DNA from: Marsupella aquatica
Taxonomy: Eukaryota > Plantae > Marchantiophyta
DNA length: 64,000 bases
Direction: 5' to 3'
Assembly (NCBI GenBank): GCA_973895155.1
Contig: OZ316896.1
Coordinates: 14,480,684 to 14,544,683, forward strand
A model generated the notes under the pieces. The model did not search any database. It was not told where the DNA came from and saw only the letters and a program-made list of their open reading frames with translations. A program made the translations under genes and the position numbers. Positions 10,091 to 22,489 of this stretch are shown here, in pieces (the stretch's first letter is position 1; the number at the start of each line of letters is the position of its first letter).

Positions 10091-10312
10091 ATGGCAACGG
10101 TAGTCACCAGTGACCCCGGGTATGCTCAGGGCGGCACCTACCCACAGGGCACCAATGTAGCTGCGAATGGAGGGCAGCCACTGGGGAAATATGAATACGT
10201 TGACAGGGATGGCACAGTGAAGAAGAGGAGAGGAGGCAAATTTGCGGCCTGTCTAGCTCTTTGCTGGTGCTGTACGTGGCCATGCCATGGTCCCTGCTGC
10301 GGTGGCTTGTGA
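10091..10312 (+). CDS. Small CYSTM-like cysteine-rich tail-anchored peptide (73 aa)
   Basis: MATVVTSDPGYAQGGTYPQG (P/Q/G/Y-rich), basic KKRRGGK, then a hydrophobic Cys-rich tail FAACLALCWCCTWPCHGPCCGGL. ATG directly follows a plausible leader-intron acceptor (TCGCAG, about 10069). Confidence 0.7.
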   Translation: MATVVTSDPGYAQGGTYPQGTNVAANGGQPLGKYEYVDRDGTVKKRRGGKFAACLALCWCCTWPCHGPCCGGL

Positions 10313-10580
10313 TCAATCTGTGCTTCCAAAATCTGGAGAGTTCTTCTGCCTCTGCGCCGTATGAATAAGAAAGTTGGACCTCTTGCTGATTGTTGCTCAC
10401 TGCTGGTCACGTCCCGGTGAGCACGAGTATTTCCCTGAGCTACTGTGGCAGACAGCTCGGGCAAGTTATTTAGTCTTACATTGATTGATAAACCGGCGTT
10501 TTCTCTTCAACCTTGATAATAGTCAGCTTCTGCCCTCTCCTTCCCTTCCATACGCGTTTTCCCAATCTTTCAGGAGGTTG

Positions 10581-10710
10581 TCTTCGGCATTCTCTCCAGT
10601 TCTTCTTTCCTGAATACGAATACCATCGAGAGGTCTTCTTCGGCATTCTCCCCAGTTCTTCTTTCCTGAAGACGAGTACCATCGAGAGGTCTTCTTCGGC
10701 ATTCTCTCCA
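10581..10710. repeat. 56-bp tandem repeat x2.3 downstream of the CYSTM-like gene
   Basis: TCTTCGGCATTCTC starts at 10581, 10637 and 10693. Confidence 0.85.
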
Positions 10711-12919
10711 TTCGAGGCGAAGGCGAGGGCGTGATCTGACTCTTCATTATTGCATTTTGGTTTCGCTCCAGCTCCATTCGTTTCCCGTACAATGCCGTAA
10801 TTTTCGAGGGGATCTGCTTCTGCCTTCTCGTTATTCATGTGTCCGAGAATGTGTTCGAATATCATCGACGCGGTGAGCGAAGGCGCTTTTTTTTATTCGT
10901 TCGGACACTTGGTTTCGCAGTAGTTCAGAACTGATAGGTCCTTCCTACAGAATTTTTCTCCAAGAGTACGTCCTGTTCGCTGCTCTTGTGATCTTGATCT
11001 TTTAATTATAGCCAGTGCCACTCGGCCACTCCTATCGTAGTCCTTGTTTCGGAGTTTGCTGTTTCATAAACTGTATATACCGATCTATTGGGCGGTGTTG
11101 GTTACATTCTTCATGTGAATCTTGTCCACAGTTTCCATTTGCTAAAAGTTTCCAAATCTGGAATTTTCGATTCTGAAGAGTGCTAAATTCCAAGCATGTA
11201 GTTTGTTGGATATCTCCATTCAAAGCCAAAAGAGCATTCCTTAGTTCTGGAACGGTGATGGCAACCCACGGCACTTTATTGCAGGAGAGGGAGTACTTAA
11301 ATGACCATCCTCTGTGTTGATGTGTAGCTGGTGCCTCTATGTAATTGTGAGACAAAAACTAACGCATGACAATTACTTAGCATAGTATTATCGGAAGTGT
11401 CCAATTGGATTTCCGCTGTGAAGAATCTAGTTTACGTATTCTGGATGGCACACCCACACATAAGTTGTTAGTGCAAGATCTGCGAAACCCGTTTCATTGC
11501 ATCACAGGAGTTCAAGTTAAACTGAGGGAAGTCCACTTTGTTCTCAACTTTGTTCAAAACTACCACTATGCGAAGAGTCCTCAGAGCGTTGGTAAATGCC
11601 AGGACTTTGCTGAATGAAGTCATTCCCTATAAGGCAGGGACAGTGATTGGCTTGTTGGCGTGGATTTGTTGAAAGGAAGTTTGGTTTGCCCTTACTTCAA
11701 TCTTTGGTCGCCTTCTTTTAGGAACTTTGTAAAAAATGTTGTAATCCAATCTCATCCAGACAACAAATCTGTAAAGGCATGGTTTCTTAAGTCACTCAAC
11801 TTGTCGAAGTAGATCCATTTATCTTGATATGAACTTGTTCTACAAAGTAACATTCAGGTTTCCTAAATGGCCAAGACACAGCAATCTGTTCTGCCATGTC
11901 CAGTTATTCTAAAGGCTGCCGTCCACTTGGCTACGTAAGTATCCTCCTCATGTAATGGTACACTGTGCAAAGAACCAAGTAAACTTGAACAGGTCTATCA
12001 ATGAACATCCACTCCCGTGTAGACGGGAACTCCAGGCCCAAAATTTCTCTTTAGATCCAATGTGTTATAATTCAAGCAAAAGAACCCCAGAATCTGGGCC
12101 AGTGCGGTAACATCAACATTCGTTTGACAAGACTGGCATATAGTACACCTCTTACGAAGTGAATAATTATGTCAAATCAATCCAAGGATTCAAACCCATT
12201 TTGCAGAGGTCTGACTGCAAACTCTCAGATCCTTTTGACTAACTTGACAGATTTCCCAGACGTGCTCATATTTAAACGCCAAACATCTTCTCGCCTTCAG
12301 GCTTCGGTCCAAGATTCTGAGTGAGATGTTTTCCACTAGATGCAATGAATGTCGATCAGTATTTCCTTTCTTCTGGATGGAACTTCTCTGTGATGAATTC
12401 TTTGTTTTAGATAACTAAAATGCGTTGATTCACAAATGCAGCCCAGCCACATCCCTCACAAACACAATAATATGGCATCCTTACTCAGAAGGACTTTACC
12501 TTAAATTCCGGAAACATCTCTTTCCACCTCCAGAACCAAAATTCGTTCTCCCTGTAAATGTAGCAAATAGGGCACCCTTCTTACTGCGCAAGTATCCTCA
12601 CTAAACTACAAATGGATTAAGTACTAAATGTGGATAAGTATAAACTTGTAATTGCCCACAACTACCTGACAGAGAAGAAATATCTGTATTGATAAGTGCA
12701 AAACATGTTCACATAGAGTATTGTCTTGCACTAATACATCAAATTTGTATGGTCCAGTATGTGCCATCCTATGCACTTGAAGTGCAAAGCTTTGTGTGCT
12801 TGCACTCATAGCAAGGCATCTGCACTTGTAACAAAGCATTTACTGTATAACTTGCACTTACAGAGTACTTTTATAGGTAAGTGTAAGATTGATTCAATTT
12901 GCACTTATGGCATGATGTG

Positions 12920-13020
12920 AACCATGCATAAGTGCAAGATCAATTGAAACTGACACAATGTAAACCATGCATAAGTGCAAGATCAATTGAAACTGACACA
13001 ATGTAATCCATGCATAAGGT
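12920..13020. repeat. About 43-bp tandem duplication
   Basis: AACCATGCATAAGTGCAAGATCAATTGAAACTGACACAATGTA twice plus a partial copy. Confidence 0.85.
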
Positions 13021-13508
13021 CATGCACTTATTGAGAGCAACCTGCACTGTAAACCTCACAATATATTCAATGAAGCAGGATTGGAAAGCTTCGTTGAAAA
13101 GAGGCCTATGGTCTAGAGTAAAGCCTCTAGACCAAGACTCTGGGCCCACAGCTAAGGTTGGGGGTGGAACTGGAAACCGGCAAGATCTTACTCACCATCT
13201 CTTTAGGAACTAAGCTCAAGGATTCAGGCTAGCCATAACAAAACCAGTAAAACTGGTCTACTACTCTATTAGGGCTCTCAACCGTGACCAGAGTTGAGGG
13301 TTCAGGGTTAGTCCCGTACCCTCAACTTATTGATTTCAAAACTTGGCGAGGTGCCAACATTGATCTGCCCATGATAAGGCAGGGGTTACAGTCCAACCTC
13401 AATCTTAAAGCATGCATCCCTTTCCCTTATCTCTTGGTCAACTACCACTTTGAGTATAGTCTCCATTGCCACGTCAGGCCCAAAGCTCACGTGCATTCAG
13501 TCACAGCT

Positions 13509-13615
13509 TTCAGGATTTGTGGATTTCCATATTTATGCCTATAGTTACTACAATGTGGTTATTTCAGGATTTGCGGATTTCCATATTTAATCCTATAGTT
13601 ACTACAATGTGGTTA
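13509..13615. repeat. About 54-bp tandem duplication
   Basis: TTCAGGATTTG.GGATTTCCATATTTA..CCTATAGTTACTACAATGTGGTTA twice. Confidence 0.85.
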
Positions 13616-14178
13616 ACGTTACTGGCTGGACATTGTTCAATTGTTGCAACGGGTGCCCAAAAATGGATCAGAAAGTTTCTTGAAAGTATTGTACACCATA
13701 TTTTTTGGGAGTACTGTACATTGTATTGTCAAAATAAGAATGTAGCAAACGTAATATTCAGCCTATTATTGTGACCACAAACCTTTGGTCATGGGCCTGA
13801 TTGGTTAGGAGAAAAGTTTGGGATCCCACACCTTTCTGAGAGTTTACGAGTTATGGGAAGTATTTATCCTGGTATTGTGGAGTTCTATTCACTCATTCCC
13901 CAACCACTCAGGTTCCCCATGGAGAGGCCACCTTGACTGCCTTTCCTGGTCTACATCCGCAACCCTAGGATCATCCACAGCCCTAGGGTAAGCTTACCCT
14001 CTTGATGGAGGACTTCAAGCCAGAGGACTACATATATTTTAGTACCGACCATTTCCATATATACTTCATTCTGTGCTCAGGGTTGTTTGGCTAATGGCCC
14101 ATCTGGCTAAGTATACAAACATTTTTTAGGTTTGTTTCCACCAAAGTACCCTCACTTTTTCCAGTTCTCTTTTCCTAC

Positions 14179-14400
14179 TAGGGAGTCTCAAAGCTGGTAA
14201 TCTGATGGACTTTAAGTCACTGGTTACGGGCTAAGGACACAAAAAGTTATGGACCACCAAATTCATAGTCCATAACTTTTTGCCGTAAGGATTAGTGGTA
14301 TGTCATAAGCACTAGTCACTGTAGAGGCAAGTGAAAGAAAAAACAACAAAAACTTTTACATAAATTTTGTGAAAAAGTTATGACCATTACTTGGCTGAAT
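14179..14400 (+). mobile_element. End of a hAT-like non-autonomous element (TAGGG.GTCTCAAA terminus)
   Basis: TAGGGAGTCTCAAAG plus about 160 bp that are the reverse complement of 36860-37018. Confidence 0.5.
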
Positions 14401-14699
14401 GCCATCACTAATTTGTGAGCTTTGAGACGCCTTGTTGTATTGCAATTGGGCTTTTGCCTACTAGAGTTATTTTGGGAGTATCTAATTTATGAGCCATGGG
14501 TAAGACGTCACGGGAGGTAGCCCCTAAGAAATCTTCGGGGCTTAGCTGCTTATCCATCGGATGCAATTGTGGAATAAGCAAACGTCACCGAACCTACATC
14601 GGAATGGCCTTCTATCTCAAAACCCCGTCTAGGCCAACGAGTTGAGTTCATTTGAGCTGGACTGAGTAATTCAACTGAGCTGCTCAGCTGAGAGGAATC

Positions 14700-17605
14700 A
14701 TGGCGTTGTTGATGAGATCCCAGAGCCTCATTTCACTCTCTGGACAGACCATCCCGTCCTCATCGAACTCCTCTTCGACAGAACTGTCAGCTTCGGTGCA
14801 TTTGCGGAGGAGTGAGCAATCGCTCAGAGGGATTGCAATTGTGAAGAGCGGTCCAGGTCAATTGAGACCACAGAGAGGCTGCCGGGCAGCAGCAGCGAGC
14901 GAGAGTGATGGGTATGGACAAGGAATTGCAGACGGAGGAGAAGATCGAGCGCAGTGGGATGTGAGCAGCAACTGTGTAAAGCCGGTTTTTAGGATCACTC
15001 CTTTGGCTTCCCCTGACTCGGTAGTTTTTCTCTTTCTCCTTCTCTCATCTTTCTCGCTCTCTCTCTTGTCGCATTCCGCCATTCAATGTGCTGTTCTAAC
15101 TGGTGGGTTGATTCACTCTCCCTCTCCATGCCGTTAAATCAATCTCTGAGGTCAATTTGCCCTCACCATCCTCCGCTACTTCTCATCACTTCGGTTTCTC
15201 TCTAATTATGATTCTGTTGGAGACCAGTTTCACACTTTCATGGGCTGAATTGGATGCCGAAGGGTGAATAGTTGATACCCTGCGTCCGTTTCTTATTGAG
15301 GGATCTGTTTTGCGTTCTGTGAAGTCTGACATTCTCATACATGCCAATTTTGATTGCGTTGAAGCCATGGAAGTAATGGCTCGCCTACATTAGCTTATGA
15401 AGTCGTCTATTCTGCCCAGTTTTGCCGCTGAGGAATTCTGTTGGTAGGACGGAGGTGGACACTTGTTAACCTGTGCGGGAATCGCATGTCAGTTGTTTTC
15501 CTGTTCAAATGCAACTTTGCAAATCAAATTGCATGGTCCCTAGAGTTTGCTTTTGAGTTCCTTGATGTATTGTGTTCTTCAGGATGGCCTCAATGGGAAG
15601 GCTCACATTCTTTTCTTAAGTGAGGGAAATGTTTGCCGTTCTATATATGCGGAAGCAATTTTTAATGCCCTCCTAAGGCAACGTGGTTTGCAAGATTTGG
15701 TCAGTTGTTCATCAAAGGTACCGCTTTGCTCGCCCTTCCTAGATTTCTACATCTGACCCTTGGAGCATTTCAATCTATTCAACTTTTGGGACAGCATGCT
15801 GCATTTCTTTGCGTTATTTAAAATTATAGAAGATGGGACGTTTGAACGCCTTCACCTTCAATGTTCACTTCAGCGCTAGCATTTGTTTTGATATCTTCGG
15901 AGAACATTAGCTCTGAATCAGCTTGAAGCGAAATTGGGGTGAGATCCAGTAAAATCTTGCAACAATTAATTCAGATCAAAGTATTTATGCTGTTAAACAG
16001 TTGCGCTGACCTTCCTCTGGCAGGCAACAAGGGACTACAATGTTGGGGAAACTGCTGACCCTAGAGCAGTGATGGTTGCTGAAGAGTATGGGCTAGAAAT
16101 GCCCCAGGGAAAAGTTGCAACTGTGTTTGACTGCTCAACAGACATAGTGGTGTCTGACCTTGTTCTGGTTATGGATAAGGCAAGCAAAGCAGATTTTGCT
16201 GAGGGCTTTGTTACATTTGTTCCGTCATATCATCAACTCTATTCTTCACAACCTTTTCACACTCTGTCAATTAGAGAGTGGGTGTCGTGTAACTGAGGCA
16301 TGTTTGCCTTCGTATGCCTGACCTCCATTTCTCAAGGCTGAATTGTTGACTGTCAAAACCCACATCGGATGATTTGCAGTTCACAGCATCTGACGCCCTT
16401 AAAGAGGTCACGGTGTATGAGATCGTCAATAAGGAGGGACGGTACTCTAGCAAAGTTCGCCGCCTGGGAGAATTCTGTCGAACACAACAGGTAGGATGTT
16501 TTCCCCTGTATGTCGTCGCATTATTTCTATTTGACTGTAATGTCGGTTTAATATACACTTCACGTATCATTCCACGAATGTACTCCAGAATGAAAAAGCA
16601 AATCAAGGTCCAAGAACACTAACTGCAAAGTTTGTCATCTCACCATAGCTGTTGGATTGATTCTATTTTTACTTTATGCTAAAGTCGTGTTTAAGTGCAT
16701 GATCCTGAAATGTAAAATTACATTCCTCCCCTGTTTTATACCAAACCTAATTGATAAGTTAAGTGTCTAACATACATGTTGGCGAAAATCTCGTGGTATC
16801 TTCAGCTTGAAGACATTGAGGATCCATTGTACGGCAATATGGGTGGCGCAGAAGAAACAGTGAGTTTCAATATCTCTTGTTTTGTCGCTGAAGTGAAGCT
16901 TTCTTGAGTGGACATTCCTTCCGTACCTAGCATGTCCGTATATTCTGTGATGTGGAAGTTTCGAGCTAAGATCTGAGCTGAGCAGATGGAACGGTCTTAA
17001 ACTGGCTACTTTATCTGAGTTTGTTTGTACTTCCAGATGTTCTTCTACCTATGTTTTGTTTCGGGGAACAAATTCTTTGAGAGTTCTCGTATGCAATTCG
17101 AATTCCTACTCATCAACAATGAATTGTTAACAGGAGATGGTTCGACAAATATATGCTCAAGTACAAGCTTCGTGTGAAGGACTACTTGATTACATTATGG
17201 ACCTGAAAGCAAACCTAGAGGGTAAATTCTATCTTTCAACGCTGAATTTCTTTCAGATTTATTTTTTGTTTGCATGGGACTTAATTTCCAGTGCCTTTTA
17301 TATATATACTATTGATCCTGTGCGGAATAGTATAGAATCAAGGTACCCGTTTCGTTGACTGGGGCCAGTCTGATTGAAGGTTATTCCTTAGTAAGTGAGT
17401 ATGGAGCAGGAGGCTTTTGCAGTCCAGAAGTGAAATACTGGCATATGTTGGGAAAGACTTTGGTCAGAGTTGCTTGTGAGGTCACATATCTGATTTGAGA
17501 ACTCATGCATCAGAGTCAGAATCTCTTAAAGATGGCATTGCACGTGGGCTGGGGCGGATGGATGCACTCAACTGGCTAGCTCCACCAATGCTGTCAAAAG
17601 TATGA
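14700..17605 (+). CDS. Low-molecular-weight protein tyrosine phosphatase-like protein, probable plastid transit peptide, about 318 aa
   Basis: Exons 14700-15020, 15583-15717, 16024-16179, 16380-16490, 16806-16859, 17134-17221 and 17514-17605 join in frame. Motifs HILFLSEGNVCRS, DLVLVMDK, IEDPLYG; Ser-rich N-terminus. Intron 3 needs a GC donor (AAG|GCAAGC). Confidence 0.88.
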
Positions 17606-19214
17606 TGAGTATCTTACCTCTAGTGTAAGTGGCTCTCATGCCAAATTTGAATAGTGAACGATTTGTAATCTCAGTACAAGCATACGCTTCTCATGTGTTT
17701 GGTTTCCGTCATGAATAAGGGCTACTTGCAAAAGTTTTGTAGGGTTGGAATTCTACAGTTGGTTGTTGTAGTGTATCTGGCGTGATACTACATTGCCAGG
17801 ATAAGTTCAAAGCAGTGCTCTAGAGCCGTTTCTAAGAGATCTCCAAGAGAGATCTAGTCTAAAGAAAAGAAAACCATTTTAGATAATGTGCAATAAAAAT
17901 GTCTCCATTCTGAGTAGAGTTTGTTAGTATAGCACGATCACATATGCTCACTGCTAATAATGATGCATTGAAAATCTATACCTTGTAGTTCCTAGGTGAA
18001 GTAAATAATGCATGTTTTGGGAGAAGATGGTGTCCCCTGCAACAAATATGTCCTGAATGGATGGTGCATCTTCAAATTTTTCCTTGACATCCTCTACCTC
18101 TGTACTGTGACACGCTTCAAATGGATTTATTTTTGTGTGACACCGTGGAATTGACAAGTTTGAGCAAGCCAGGTTTTGTGAACGTTGGAGAAGAACTCCA
18201 GATGTCCGTGACTAAACAAGTTAGCGGTTAGCATTCCTAGTTCAAAGAACAGCTCAACTCACGTGTTGTGGAAATTCATGCTCTCTAATCCATATGCTTT
18301 ACGACATAAATTTGGACCAACAAGTGGATTGGTCCGTAGCTAAAGTAGTAAATGTTAAGCGAAAGTTTATTACATAAAGAATGCAAGTGTTTTAGGCAAC
18401 TTTTTTATGCAGGCAGATTTTCAGGCATGCCTCGACTTTCAAGTAATGCACCTAGGTAAAAACACTGAATTGCTTTATGACACGGAAAGATTCACTTATC
18501 TAATCTGTACAAACCCTTCAAGGAGTCACACTTAGAGCAAAATACAGGTTTGAGCGTTAATATCTTAAACTCGCTAGTCTTGAACTCGCTAAAAATCTGG
18601 GCATCTAGTAACGGTCATTGTGCTTTCAATATACTACTTGGAGACCTTGCAATGAGAAAATATTCTTAGTGGGTGTTCCCTTGGCTTCAAGTTTCGTTCC
18701 AGATTAGCTAATTAAACTAGAATAATGGAAGCTAACCAAAGGTTTCCAAAGCCACCTACCAAATGCTTTGTAGCAAGCATGTGAAAATAATTTATTGCCA
18801 ATGATGGGTGGCAAAACTATCAGAATTGCAAAACTTCCTTGCAGCTACTTTAAGGTAAAGACACCAAGCCCAGAGAGGTGTTAAGACTCATAAGTCTAGA
18901 ATTCAAATGTTCTGATTGACTAGTCCTTTTCTGTGGGGCTTTCACAGATTTCCCTAACAAAATTATAAAAAGCAAATTAAAGGTAAATGCACCAACGCTC
19001 CAAATGGATTCCCGGGAACCTCTGGCTAAGACCAGTGGGTTACAAACAACACAAAACCCAAGGGGCCAGAGCAAAAGGCAGTGATAGGCGCTGCACCACT
19101 CCCAGACTTTGGAAATATCTTTCCAGTCTATTGAGTCTTGTGGCTATACATCACCAGTATTCAGAGCATACAAATATCTAGCTAGACACCTTATTATGCT
19201 TTGGTGTCTCCTTA

Positions 19215-19500
19215 GGAACTCCTCATTGAGACTATTTCTTCCTTGGAGGTTTTCTTGATTGTCTGTTTGCTAAACTTGGCCTAGAGCTTTGTCCCCCTTT
19301 GTAATTTTCTCATTTTAACATAATGACGACCCTCAAAAACCTCTTACCAACCAAACAAAGTAAAAAACTCATTGAGACTATTTCTTTCTTGCCAGTGGAC
19401 TGTAGTATGTCTTATTGCTGAGACTTGGCCAAGAGCCTTTGTCCCCCTTTAGGATTTCCTATTTTTGATAGCCATGCCCTTTTAGCAGCCAACAAAAAAT
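19215..19500. repeat. Diverged direct duplication of about 150 bp
   Basis: CTCATTGAGACTATTTCTT.CTTG...ACTTGGCC.AGAGC.TTTGTCCCCCTTT twice. Confidence 0.65.
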
Positions 19501-22489
19501 TGTTATGCCACCAGTCACACGTTCACTAGTCGGTTGGTAGACTTGCAGTGACAGCCCGTTGCTTGCTCTCTTATCCCACAATGGCTATGCTGCCAATCAC
19601 ATACTCACTAGTCCTTGAGTAAACTTGCAGTGGATCTCAACTGATTTCTGGCTCTTGATAGCTACTATAGGTGAAGGTACTCCTTAGTATATAATTCTTG
19701 GACCTGCCACCCCCTTACTAGTTTTGATCCCTTATAATTAGGCCCCCAAGCCAAGGGCTTAATCATATGGGCTGGATTTGCCCACTGACATACACTGACA
19801 TCAAAATGTTGATCCCAAATGTCTTTGTACAAAGTTGGGGTCCAAAGTCATGCTCCAATAAGTACCTGGGTTTACTAATCCTGGCTTGTTTCTCAACTTC
19901 AAATTGCCATGAGATCTGGATGTCCGGCCAATGCAGACATGCCTTGTAGCATTCTGATCAGGTCAACGCAGTGCTCGTATCTAGGATATGGAATTTGCCT
20001 TTAGACCAAATTCCTGAGATAGTGATGCCCCATACCTTACTTCCTTGGCTCCACACTCCATGCACCCTGTGTTGGAGAAACCTGAGCTCTGAATCATGTT
20101 GGAAATCAGATGTTTGATGTTTGGAGATTGAGAACCAAAAGAACCATTTCCTTCTTACATAATTTACCTCAATTTGGCAATCATTCGTGGCTCAGGTGAT
20201 AAATAACTTCAACAATTGCATTATTACCGTATAATTTCAGGAATAATAATATCATGTTCCCCAAATATACAATTGAATCGGGAATTGAATATGAGAATGG
20301 AACTTTATACAAACCAGAGGAAATTTTGTTCAGTTCTCTTTGGTGGGGGAGGTGGTATGTAGAACCTAAGCCCACTCCCCCATCTTCTTGTTTTAGTCAA
20401 TTGTAGTAAACTAGGCTACAAATATCCAGGATTCAAGTGGACTGGAACCCCCTCTAAAATCAATGGTATCCATTCCCTCTCTCCCTCCTTCCCTTTGATC
20501 TACTGGGTCCAAGTCAAGTTGGAGTGTGGGACACTGTACTGTGTGCATGAAACCATGCCTAGGTAATATGTAGAAGCCAAGATTGCTCCACCTCGCCTGG
20601 TTCTAGTCAAGCCAAGTACGGTAGAGGTACCTTGGTTTGCTATCCTCAATTGCAAAAAGTTATTTTTACTTGCCTTCCAGACTTTCATGGATGGTCATTA
20701 TCCCAACCAAAAAGTTTTCTCAACCTATTTATCCTGTATTTCGCTTAGACCTAGTCAAAACATGTGTTTGTGGTAATTTCAACAGATAACACCTTTTCCC
20801 GAGATTGTTGCCTTTTTTTAAGTTTTTCAGGCTGTTGTATCTAAAATTCAACTTCCTCTCCATTTCCCAAAATTGCACGACGGTCACGCATGGGAATTTG
20901 ACTCCTAAAACCTTGCCTAAAACCAACCTTCCGAGCAACCTTCCAAAGAATAGTGAATGCATGAACCCTATGTAGTGCAATAGTCTAAAGAAGGCGGTAA
21001 TGACAACAACCAAAGAATAAGGCCCTGGCTCTCCCAATGCCATGTAAAACACAAGTTTGTAGGAAAGTCAAAATGGTTCAAATATCCATATCCAAGTAAC
21101 TAAGGCTATGATGACACTCGGGGGTCTCACTATATGGATGTCTCCCCATCACCTGCGACATTTTTAGGCCTCGGACCCCCTAAAATGTAAGAAAAAATAT
21201 TATTTTTTTGACCCCTATAAAGTTGGAATATTCTCAAAATATTCTAAAATTTTGGTTATAAGGACCCTAATGTTCTTATAAGTCCCAAAATTGGATTTAA
21301 AAGACTCTATTGTTCTTCTCAGAAAATTCTTAAGTCTCCCCTTCGAACCAATAAAATGACCCTATACTTTGTCACACGTGATATGCCATTTTTGTGGAAG
21401 TGAAACCCCCGAGTGATGACAAAGACCCATAAATAAGGCCTCCGCCCAACACAATGTACCACACAAGTCCAGAGGAAAGTACAAGGGTTCAAACATCCAA
21501 AATTCAAGTAAAGAAGACCGTGATGACAAAAACAGGGAAAGAAAGCCTCTCTTGACACAATATACTGTGCAAGTCCCTTGTAAAGAAAGGTTTCAAACAG
21601 CCAAGATTCAAGGGAGTGAAACCCCTCTAACAAGAATAAAAATAATGGTGTCGGGTAACCCAGCCCCAAGGGTGAATTTTTACACAGTAGTCAGTTCAGG
21701 TTTACATAGGAAAAGTGTCTGACAGTTGCACTTTCCTCTATTTCTCATTCAAATTTCATAATTTCCAGGCCAGGCTGGCCCAGGGTTCAGTGGCTTGACC
21801 GTAGAGTAATGCCTCATAACCTACGTTGTACACACATGCAAAGCGTTTAAATCAGGAAATATTTATGCATCTAATAATAATTAGTTTGTGGAACCCGTCT
21901 CCATGAGAGATCAGTACTTGGAAATATTTTTAAGTGTTGTATCAAAGGTAAATGTGCCTTGTGTCATGACTCCTAGGTGACCACCTATGATTATGTGAAC
22001 AAAGTATGTGGATCATGGAGCAGCTTGGAAGATGAAGAAATTTGGATCTCTATATTAGTCTTCATCTTGCTTCCCAATATTTTGAATTGCTTGTACCTTC
22101 AGATCATTGAGGCTAATTGCCTAGATCAACTTCAATCTTGGATCCTTTCCATGTTGCAATTCATTATTTGTCCCTGTGTTTATCTCCTACATGTTTCCAA
22201 ATCATTTTCTAATTATGATCCCAACCCAAATATTCCAATACGGGGAGCATCATTCTCCAGTTTTCATTCCTCTGAGCAATATTTTACAGTAGGTCACTTG
22301 GAAGTTTGAGTCCAAATGACCATCAACCCATTTATCAAACTCATGAAAACCAAATGTGTTGAGGCCCATAATCTTGTTGGTAATAACAAAATCTGCCAAT
22401 GTTAGACTCATTCTAAATGTTTTGATTTTCTAAAATGCTTGTATTTAAGTGTTTAGCACAAACTTAAGGTTTCATTAAGAGATAAGTAA

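Noticed and set aside
10476-10865. 129-aa minus ORF convergent with the CYSTM-like gene
   Set aside because: Largely explained by the 56-bp tandem repeat; no recognisable domain.
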